Shown piece by piece: positions 24,983 through 34,867 of a stretch of 64,000 nucleotides of DNA. Position numbers and translations under genes: made by a program. This stretch comes from Magallana gigas (taxonomy: Eukaryota): positions 16,120,001-16,184,000 of the forward strand of contig NC_088860.1 of assembly GCF_963853765.1 (NCBI RefSeq). The letters are read 5' to 3'. Under the pieces are notes generated by a model. The model searched no databases and had not been told where the DNA came from. It saw only the letters and a program-made list of their open reading frames with translations. Positions within the stretch are counted from its first letter, which is position 1. Each line of letters starts with the position of its first letter.

Positions 24983-27900
24983 CTAGTAGCGACTTTCGAA
25001 GAAGGACTCGAGAGATCCCCTTGGTTGGGCCACAGGAGGGTATCTTCTCTTTCGTTTACCAGTACCTCTGGGTGACATCCTTGATCTCTCAATGTAATCT
25101 TTCTTTTCCTACAATCAATGTCAGTGAGTCTAAGCTAGTTTAAAAAAATGTTTACAAGAATGTTTCAAATAAAGCAGAATTGAATTGAGTATATTAAACT
25201 GGGTTGAGCAGTTTACTCTACAAAAATTCTTATAATACACAAGCTATTGTAACCAAGTTCATATGATTATATTTAATTCAAACAGGAGTAATCAAATTGA
25301 TTTATTTTTAAAGATTACAATTATTTTAGATCAAAATATTGAGAGTACATTTACCTGGTAAAGTTTGTCTTTTTCCTGCATTTTCCATCGCCTTCTGGTG
25401 GCCTCAAAAAGATAAATGCTACCCTCCGTATTTTTAGATTACATATACTATAACAACTCAAGAAGACAAAATTTGCAAAAAATGTCTCGGTCATCACAAT
25501 TATTACAATTGATTTCAAGAATTCAAACTGTTAAATAATAAAAAATGATTACTCAATTATATGATTACTGTAAACCAATTGTACTATTATTCTCAACTAC
25601 TTAATTTCGCAATTTACCCGAGATGAACTTGATCGCGGCTGTAATACATGTAACATTATGTTTTTTTAGATTACCCCCGTTTCGTCACATATATTGGTCA
25701 TACCGTGTTTTATGTGAACCCCGTTTTTTGTAAGACAGTACTTCCAATAGCCTGGTTCCGGCCTACCCATTATGGGTAGGCCGGAACCAGGCTATACTCC
25801 CGAGTGTTTCATTAAAGGCACACGTTTTTTTTTCTTTTATTACAATTACATGTTTAGTAAATACTGGTTTGCGGTAAGAAATATTTGCGACAATGAGGCT
25901 CTTGCGAACTTCCCGACAATTTCTCGCAAGCAATTCAAATGGTTTACAGTATCATTGATGTCCAAGGTTAATAACCTAAGCAATGGAATTTTAAAGGGGC
26001 ATGGTCACGATTTTGGTCAAAAATTATTTTTCCGATTTGAATAATTACACTGCTTCAGTGAGGCATTCTTATTATTAGGCAAACAAAATTGAGTGTCATT
26101 TGTTGAGTTATGTGCGAATTACAGAGCTTACAATTCTTTGACATGTAAACAAAGCTTTTGTTTAAATTTTGAATGTTGAAGTGAAAATTTTAAATTTAGA
26201 CTTAAGATGAATGTGTTAAACATGTTAAACGTTAGGATCTGTTTATCTATGCTTAAAATGAAGAAGAAGATAAAAAATCAGCTTGAAAAAGGTTTTTAAT
26301 TGGTATATTCGATTGAACCTATGTAAACAAAAACAGGGCACGGGCCTTGTTTACACGACACAGATTTGTGAGCTCTGTATTTTGCCTAAAACTTAAAGAC
26401 TGACTCTCAAATTTCATTTGATCATTAGAAATGCATTTCTTAAGCATTGTTAATAATAAAAATAGAATTTGACGAAAATCGTGATCATGCCCTTAAAAGT
26501 GAATCGTGTCTGTTGTCGATCAATAATTCTTACAGTGAAGGCTATATAAATTCCAAAGACGATATGAAACAATATGAAGATAACAGCAAGGCTGGCAATG
26601 GAATTGCGATCATAAATCTTTACTTCCTTCAATTGATAAATGTAAGCTAAGGATTTCATTGCAGCATTCTGAGTAGCATTTAATGCAAGGAATATCAGTG
26701 CAGCCAGTACATACAGATCCTGTGAAAGATATTGAAAAGCATATAATTTATATACTGGTATAAAGTTCTATAATTTCATACTTTCATTTAGCTACATGAA
26801 CAATATCGGGAGCTTGTGAGCACTGATTATGGGATTTGTTTCATTCAATTACCAGGTAAGTGAGGTATGAAATAGTTGGCAGACTTTGCTTGACGACCAG
26901 TTTGAAGGTGACAGCAGTAAGGAAAAGGGTGATGTTGACAGCCAGTCTGTCTCCATTATCAACTTCAATGGAGTAGGAGGCAAAGGTCAGGCCAATGATC
27001 AGGAACTGAAACAGAGGTGCATTACTACTAATCTACTAGGTGTTATACCGAGATTTCTATGAAAACATAAAATACCGAAGACTAAAGTATATTTATGTAT
27101 ATCCATACATTCCGTTTCATTGAACATCACTCACATTCAAAAAGAAGCAAAGCCAAAAAATTGTTGGAGAAGCCCTTTGGGCTTCACACGATTTGATCAC
27201 ATGACCAACCAAGTTCATATCTAATTGAACTTTTCAACTTGCTGTTTATCTCTTAATTATGCTGAAAAATTATAATTATTACAAACCACAATGAATATGA
27301 TATTCCACACAAAATAGCCTATCTTCCTTGCCACCCTGCACTGTATATGAAGGATAGAATGGACAGTTGACCTAGCGTACTCGACAGTTGTTTTGTCTCT
27401 GTAGGACTCAGTGTGGTTGTACAGGTTCCACTCTGAGGCATCCAGGAAGGCCTGAGTGTTGACTGAACTGAGAGAACTCTGGTCTTCAATTATCTCAATC
27501 TCATGAATCGACTTTTCTGTACAGATGGAAATTGTCAGGTCCTGAAGTTGAAACAAAGAGTATGTAAGTTAATGCCAGTTAAATTACCGACAAATTAATA
27601 ATAAATATAATGAATGGTGGAAGGATTTTTTTTTTACCAGCAAGGCATTATTTAATGTATTCAGTGTGCTTCCTCAAGACTTGATCTTCACTGAATTGAA
27701 AATATCATTTCTATATCTATATTGAAGTAGTACTTGCCTGTTACACTTTAAGTCATTTATTGCTCTGGAGAAGTAGTACAATGACATCAAGAGCTTGATT
27801 TTACCTGAACATCCACTGGAAAGTGTTGCAATTCCAAATTCTCCTTAAAGAAAGCTTTGAATTTCCACATCAGCTGCACTCTTGGTGGATTGTCATCATT

Positions 27901-29051
27901 GCTATGTAGAATAGAGTAGTCTATGTGTTCCTCTTCTATTGATCCGTCAATATTCAAAATAATCAACTTTGGAGTCCACATCATTGATGGTTCAAATACC
28001 TTGATGTTTGATTCAAATACACATTTTCATTTTTAAAATGATGCTATTAAATGCCTTAAAATATATCGTGTCTGAATAGCTAAGAGGATGTACCTATTGC
28101 AAATTATTTTTAGGGGATTGAGGGGGCCATGTGATTGGTGGAATGTGGTTCTAAATATTATCTGTACAGCATGATATGTATTCTATTGTACATGTATGTT
28201 GTATGAATTCAAATGGACAGTCTATCAACTTTAAAATGTATTTACCTTTTCATCTGGCTTGATCAAGTGATCATGCCACTTTGCTTGGATGAAAATCTCT
28301 GACTGAAACTTCTGGTCCACTGTATCAATATCATTTATTTTCATAAAAGTGAGCTTTATTTCTACTGTCACCTAAAAAACCAAAACAAACTTGACAATAC
28401 ATTATATCATATGCATAAAACTGGATGGACAGACAGAATAAGGATAAACAGATCGTGCTCTGATGATTATCTCCCTTCATAAATTCATGAGTTTCAACAT
28501 ATGCATTCAGTGTATATATTATGTATAATCTCTGTGAGACCCCAGTCATTACAAGATCTTGATATGCAAGTTATCATGTAGGCCTATAAAAAAATAAAAT
28601 AGATTTAAAATAAAATCAACAAGAGGAAACATGGTAAATTGAGAGTGTAAAAGTTTTAAGAAAAAAGTTGATTCTCTTTTCTGATTTCAGAAAAAAGTAT
28701 AAAGTACAGACCTCAATACAATTCATGTATACAGACAGATAGAGACACCGACAATATTATTATGGTGATTCAAATATTTATTTTGCCTCCATAACTTTAT
28801 TATTTGGGAATTTTACGATAAAAAATGATTTATACCTTATCTTCTCTTGCAGCACTGAGATCTTTTGACAGAATTGATCGAAGAGGTGCTAATCCTTGAT
28901 GATTGCTCTCAGATTCAAGCGTTAATTCAAAAAGTTGATCAAGGAGTTCATTGTTTTTCTCAATGTTGCTGGATAAAACTTTGAAAACCTTGGCTAACTT
29001 GACATTTTCATCTTTTGTTTTCTTGGAGTTCACTGTCTCCACCTCCAACAT
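24983..29051 (-). CDS. Cys-less pentameric ligand-gated ion channel subunit, copy B (434 aa), tandem paralogue
   Basis: Exons 29051-28836, 28371-28246, 27999-27805, 27541-27287, 27005-26853, 26719-26534, 25402-25355, 25108-24983 (TAG). Exon lengths are identical to copy A; about 30 aa differences by manual count. M2 is DRLAVNITLFLTAVTFK. Confidence 0.88.
25747..25795. repeat. Perfect 49-bp palindrome (24-bp arms, 1-nt loop)
   Basis: ATAGCCTGGTTCCGGCCTACCCAT-T-ATGGGTAGGCCGGAACCAGGCTAT. Confidence 0.9.
25991..26496. mobile_element. Kolobok-like MITE (TTAA target site) in intron 6 of copy B
   Basis: TTAA-AGGGGCATGGTCACGATTTTGGTCAAA ... TTTGACGAAAATCGTGATCATGCCC-TTAA; absent from the paralogous intron of copy A. 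Confidence 0.75.
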
Positions 29052-29289
29052 AATCTATCTTAGGAGAGTGTATCAGCTGTTTCTAAAAGGAATAGTATCC
29101 ATGCATCTCAATCAAATTATATGCATGCATCTCAATCAAATTACATACAACTCAAAATCGATAGTGACTGAAGAAATTCTTAAAGAGTCAGTGATGGTTT
29201 TAAAAGCTTCAAATGACTTTCCTGAGTGCAAGTTTTTATTTTGTTTAGTTACAGATTTGACAAACTGGCACTTTATTTCAAGCACACAC

Positions 29290-29291
<2 letters not shown>

Positions 29292-29352
<61 letters not shown>
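29292..29352. repeat. (GA)n microsatellite
   Basis: Read directly. Confidence 0.95.
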
Positions 29353-29355
<3 letters not shown>

Positions 29356-29562
29356 ACCACCATAAATAGGTAAATCTATACTACGTTATAAAAGAGTATA
29401 ATGATAAAATAATTAAATTAGTTATTTGGATGTTAGCAAATAGAAAGGGAATCACATCTCAAAGAAAATTATCCCCATCCATCCATATGAAAAAATATCA
29501 GAAAAGGGGGTGGGGCCATGGGGAGAGGCCTAGAGGTAATACACGTTATCCTTACTTTTTTT

Positions 29563-29663
29563 CACAGGAGTCGGCAATCTTATCAATAGATAATACCTAG
29601 AGTCAAAATAAGTAAAAACCCGGTATTGGGTAATATTTATTGATAAGATTACCGACTCCTGTG
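29563..29663. mobile_element. 101-bp mini-MITE with 26-bp TIRs and 8-bp TSD
   Basis: CACAGGAGTCGGCAATCTTATCAATA ... TATTGATAAGATTACCGACTCCTGTG (25/26); CTTTTTTT on both sides; absent at the paralogous site in copy A (about 19475). Confidence 0.8.
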
Positions 29664-30127
29664 CTTTTTTTAAAGGAAAAAAAGCGATATCAGTAAGTAC
29701 AAAATTACATTCATATACAAAAAAAATAAAACCAACTCCAGTAACCCCCCCCCAACCCCCCCCCCAACCCCCCAAAAAAAACCCCAAGCAGTCTAAAAAA
29801 CCATACCTTAGGGGCTTTACTGTAGAATGTTAAAAGCAAACATCGTCTGCAACAATTCCGGATGTCGCAGTAGTTGTGTACGATTAAAACCCAATCGTAT
29901 CAAAGTCTCCGGGTTCGACTTTCCAAGTAAGGATGCTATCAGAGTTCTGTCGTTGGCAGACAAGAATTACTACAGTCTACTGGTAAATTTTGTTACCATT
30001 GGTATGCCGATAAAATGTAACTTTTTATGACAAATTTCTTTCTTTAAATTTACATTATAAAATTATCAAAAATATGCCTCGGAACCCCCCCCCCCTTGCA
30101 AACTGAAAAATTTTCTGGATCCGAATG

Positions 30128-30395
30128 GGAGTGAAGAAGACCTTTGATAGAGTGAAGATTTTTAGAGAAATGACAAAAACCTTTAAGAGAGTGGTGGTAT
30201 ATACAAGTATGGCGGGAATAAGGAAGACATAAACGGGGAGTGAAGAAGCTAGACAGGTGTGTGAAGACCTAAAGGAATGTGAAGAAGACCTATAGAAGAC
30301 GTATCTAGAGGAGAGTGGAGAAGACTTAGAGGGATGAATTAGTAATGAAAGGGATGAAGAAGACTTGGAAAGGGTGAAAAATATCTAGAGGGAAC
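30128..30395 (+). repeat. Degenerate purine-rich minisatellite (GAGTGAAGAAGAC-like)
   Basis: Recurrent GTGAAGAAGAC variants with a strong purine bias on the plus strand. Confidence 0.5.
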
Positions 30396-30540
30396 TACGA
30401 AAGCTTGCATAATCCACGGAAAATGGATTATTCTGGTTGGCGCCTTCCGTCACACTCATTTTAGAAAGAAAAATGTTTACGTAACAAATGATCAAAAACG
30501 GGCCCGGGTTTGTTATCGAACGCAGCGGCGAAAAGACCAA

Positions 30541-30630
30541 ACCATCGTCTCAAGCCACGGGTTTTGTGTCCATTCTATTTCCCCTTGTGGAAATAGAATG
30601 GACACAAAACCCGTGGCTTGAGACGATGTA
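30541..30630. mobile_element. 90-bp fold-back insertion (perfect 40-bp arms, 6-nt loop)
   Basis: Arms 30543-30582 and 30589-30628 are exact complements; ACCAA flanks both sides (30536-30540, 30631-30635). Confidence 0.8.
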
Positions 30631-31206
30631 ACCAAATAACACGGAAGTTTTAACAGCGAAGTCAGAGTAACTCCTTTTAAGATCTAACGTTACAGTCCCT
30701 ATAAAGATGCATAATTAGTTCATTAATTACATTAAGTTTAATATAAATAATAACAATTACTTATGTTTTAGAATTAATTATCCCTCTTGAATCGTGACCA
30801 TCCTACATTGTGTTGTACATGAGCGAGTCGTTCTTGATTTTCCATTTGCCAGTTGTGGCTTAACGATCTCCTACGATCATTATTTACATACCTAACGTTC
30901 GTTTCCTGTTTCTTGATTGACCTTTTTTCTGCATATAATCAACTACATACGTAAAAAATATCAGATTAACTTTTAACATTTGATATGGCAAAGAACGAAG
31001 TCAATTATCAACGTATTTTTAATTACACTATTTCCATTAACAATAATTTTATTCAACTATTGACTACTAGTACTGTTGAGTGTGTATGGAAAAAAAAATT
31101 GATGACACATGCATTTTAACGACAAAAAAAATCTGATTTCATGCCATGTACATAATTTATATATTAATAAACTTCTTTTTAAATATACGTGTACGAACAT
31201 TTTATA

Positions 31207-31270
31207 TACAGTTGAACTTTGATATCTCGAACACTGATTTCTCGAATGGATATGGCGAAGTCATTTATAA
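31207..31270 (+). mobile_element. Tc1/mariner(pogo)-type MITE end
   Basis: TA-CAGTTGAACTTTGATATCTCGAACACTGAT; a homologous end in reverse orientation lies near 49450-49500. Confidence 0.5.
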
Positions 31271-33206
31271 GTCTTAACCCCTTATTGTACTAAACAACCC
31301 ATTCGAAGCGATGCTATTTTTTGCTTTAAAAAGCTGAACAGATTTTTTAAAATATGAATTGTCAAATGAAGGAGGCCGCATGTAATCGTGATCATATTTT
31401 GATATTTATACACGTATCTCCAAACTAAGAAGAGAGTGGTCATTTTTAAACTTCTAGAATGATGTAGAAAACAATCAATACTTCAACGAAAAGAAAGTGC
31501 TTCTTTTGCCTAGATGTACTGGTATATATTGTAATCAAAGGAAAGTAAAGTTAGTTCATTTTGAATTACACGGATCAATTGTTGACCACCCAGTCTCCTT
31601 TCGAGAAATAGCGATATATTTATAAATCAGTTTGCTTTACTTCCTTGCGAGATTATTTCACCCATGTTTTGGAGTGACTATATTTATTTGTAAAGGTATT
31701 GAATAGACACATTTGTTCTCCTTTGGGGTGATGAATTTTGAAAAATGTGCTCTCCGTTTCAGAATTTATTAACATTCTCAAAGTCCATGAGCAGGAGTCG
31801 AACACTTCTTTTATTTGATGACTATCTCCGAGAATATTTTTGGGGGATGGGGGTGGGGGTTACATATGTTTCGTAGGGAATTGGGTATTGAATATATTCT
31901 TATACGATAACAATACTGCCGTTTACAATTACGATGCGTTACGATTATCCAAATGGAACCAGTTTGACATGCAAAGGATTTGGTTGAGATGTTATTGTTA
32001 CATTTGCTGCCTCTATATAAAGTACAACTGGACACAACAACCCAAACCTAACAGTCTAGCATTTCGATCCTTTATTCCTAGATATTAAAGATTTAGTTTT
32101 TACCTTTCCTTTGAAAGGTCATTATTCCATTTAAAAATACTCCTATTTTGCACTTTGATAATATATTATTGGCGCCAGATTTTTAAATAAAACTTCAAAT
32201 ATACCTATAGTTACTAGATATACTTCAACATTTGTTATGAATTCAGGATTTAAGTACTAGTGACTTATCGTATACAATATGAAAATATGCCTTTTTGAGT
32301 TAAAGTCAATATCATCAACAGCTAACTACGAATCATTATGTTGACTTAAAAATGATATGTCCTGTGTAAGGGCACGTAATTGAAAAAAATCTTTAATACC
32401 TAAACACCAATCAAAATTAATATAAACTGTTCTAAATATACTAAAGGAAGAACTAAATTGGTCCTTTAATTAAAAACCCATCTTCCTCAATTAAATTAAC
32501 ACTTATCAAAGTTAGGTTGATTTTGTCTTTAGCTAACACATTTTTCTAATTTTTTGCATAAAATTTTCTTCAATAAAACTTCGTAAATAACTCCCGAGTG
32601 AGTGCAGTAAATGAATTAATGCAACGTGCCCCTGAAATATATTTACATAATTTCATCGCGGGCGTGGGGACAAATCTGCTATCGTAAACTTCTCAAACTG
32701 AATACCACGGTGGCGGTAAAGTAGTCGCAAGTTGATTCCAAACTTTTCAGTATCGAGTAAAGAAAGGTAGACATAATTATTATTTATCTGACTTGGTTTT
32801 AGTTCAGGACAGTTATGAGTTTCTGTGTAAAACCGTATGTCAGAATTTGAACTAGACCGAAATGTCGTCACGTCAAGATTTGACATGTCATCATACCATA
32901 AGGCTTACCCACTAATTGTCATTATAACTCATTAGTTTTCCTAAAACCTACTCATTTTTGTTTCCTCGCTTGAATCCCAAATTTCGTAAATATTTGGTGT
33001 GCGCAGGGAATTTTTTCACGTAAGAATCGGCGCCATTCAACGTTCAAGAGGTCTTCCAAAGTGTTAAAGTATATGTGCGAAACATGGATTTAAAAATATG
33101 CTAGTGGAATAGGTAAGTGTACTTTTGGTGTTGTATATTAAAGACGACATTCAAAAGATCGTTGCTAGAGTTCATGATTGGAGAACAGTTCATTAAATGC
33201 TGTAAA

Positions 33207-33611
33207 ATGGATGGTTTTGGTGAAGAATGTAGGAAAATGAGCAACGCTTCTCTGTCATTTAGGATGAAGACTGCTGAAAATGGTTCAGCCAGAAACCTCC
33301 AACAGAGTCAACTGGCCAGAGACAGTATAGATAAAAGTCAATGTGAAATGTGCTGGGAACGAACTAGGCTTTCTTCGTCTACGTGCATTCACTGTTTTAA
33401 GAATGAAATAAGAAATCCCAAACCTAATAGAAATAATATAGAACCATCTTTCTTTGACTGGACATTATATGGTATCGAAATGCTAGTCGTACCCTTAGCA
33501 AATTCCAGGGAACACAATGTGATAAAACTAAAATGTCAGGACGTGAAATCCAAGGATTTTAAAATCAGGAATGACCAATTTTCTCAAAAAGAAGGAGCAA
33601 ATCTTTACCCA
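33207..33611 (+). CDS. Candidate coding exon with a CxxC-x10-CxxC motif (possible alternative first exon or separate gene)
   Basis: Lies within the 177-aa ORF 33117-33650. AAAATGG start at 33207, phase-0 donor CCA|GTAAGT at 33611, CpG-rich sequence upstream (about 32950-33060). Confidence 0.4.
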
Positions 33612-34806
33612 GTAAGTATCGCCCTTCTCGTTATATATCCTATTTCCTGATATGCAGTGTGATTAAGTATACACTCAATTACCTATTTCAATACGTGTTT
33701 TTCTGTTAAGAGGGCTGGATAGATGTGATCATTGTAAGACTTTATAGATCTCCTAAGGAAGAAGAGCTTTATATATGAAGATATAAAAACATTCAAATTT
33801 TGAAGTTAGAATTTATGGAGTTTTTCTTTACTTCATAATAGGTTATAGCTTAACAAGCCATATTAAACATAAATTAACTAAATGTATAGTCGACTACTAA
33901 TCTTATTACAATGGGTACACTGCCCAAAGTGTTGTTTTTTTCAAGTCGCATAAAAACTCCGGTATTAGATATTTTGGTTCTATAGTGAAACATGTATGAT
34001 AGCCAGTATTTGACAAAGCTTTCTTTGTATGCATGGTTATATCTATCTGCTTATAATGAACAATATTTTACATTAATTCAATAAGTCTGTCAACTGTCAA
34101 ACACAAATTAATTATATGAATAGTTTTGTAAACACTTTGAATATCCTTAGGCGTGGTTATGGTTAGTGCGTGTTTCTTTCAATGATTTTAGACTTATTCA
34201 TACAGTTTGTTTTTCGTACACCTTTTTCTGGTTGCTTATGGTTGTCAAAACAGCGTCTCAATGCGAGAGAGAAGTTAGAATATCATGATAAAGATTAATT
34301 AACCTTAACGTTTTGTGTGCAAAGATACTTGAATATATGTGTCGTGGTTTCATTTAAGAAAAAAACCCACCTTTAACAATTTACATAAACTTGTTTACTC
34401 CAAACATTTAAAAGTATGTCAAAATACCACACACATTTCGCTTTTCAGTGATTTTAGCAGGATGGCAGTATGCTAGTTATCAAAACATCAAACGCGATAT
34501 TTCAATTCAGTTGCCAAATACACACGTTTATGTATGCCACAAAGTCAATATTTGACATTTTTTGTTTCTTTACGTGAAATGTTTGATTAATAATGTTCGT
34601 TTTCCAAGGTGCAAGTAGTAAATTTATCGAAAATATATAAAGATTCCATGAGTAACACATATATAATTTGTGAAAATAATAAAAAGAATACCCTAAATGT
34701 ATTATTGATAAAACTAAATAAAAAATGAAATGAAATAGATTCATCCCACACAGAAGCACAATTGCAGAAATGCCTGCTATCTTTAACATTGGCAGGATAA
34801 CAGTGT

Positions 34807-34816
34807 TATATATAAG
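34807..34816 (+). promoter_or_regulatory. TATA-like box upstream of the SEA-EGF-Ig gene
   Basis: TATATATAAG about 55 nt before the ATG at 34868. Confidence 0.4.
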
Positions 34817-34867
34817 GACCTACTTATTATTCTGGTTGCAAATTTCATCCGCCAAAGACATGTTAAG

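Noticed and set aside
12849-29051. Channel copies A and B as an uncollapsed haplotype artefact
   Set aside because: Introns are heavily diverged with copy-specific insertions, first exons differ, and about 7% of residues differ, which favours true paralogues. Read depth would settle it.
32653-32886. 77-aa minus-strand ORF upstream of channel B
   Set aside because: No recognisable motif or clear splice partner; length is within the chance range. Not excluded without RNA data.
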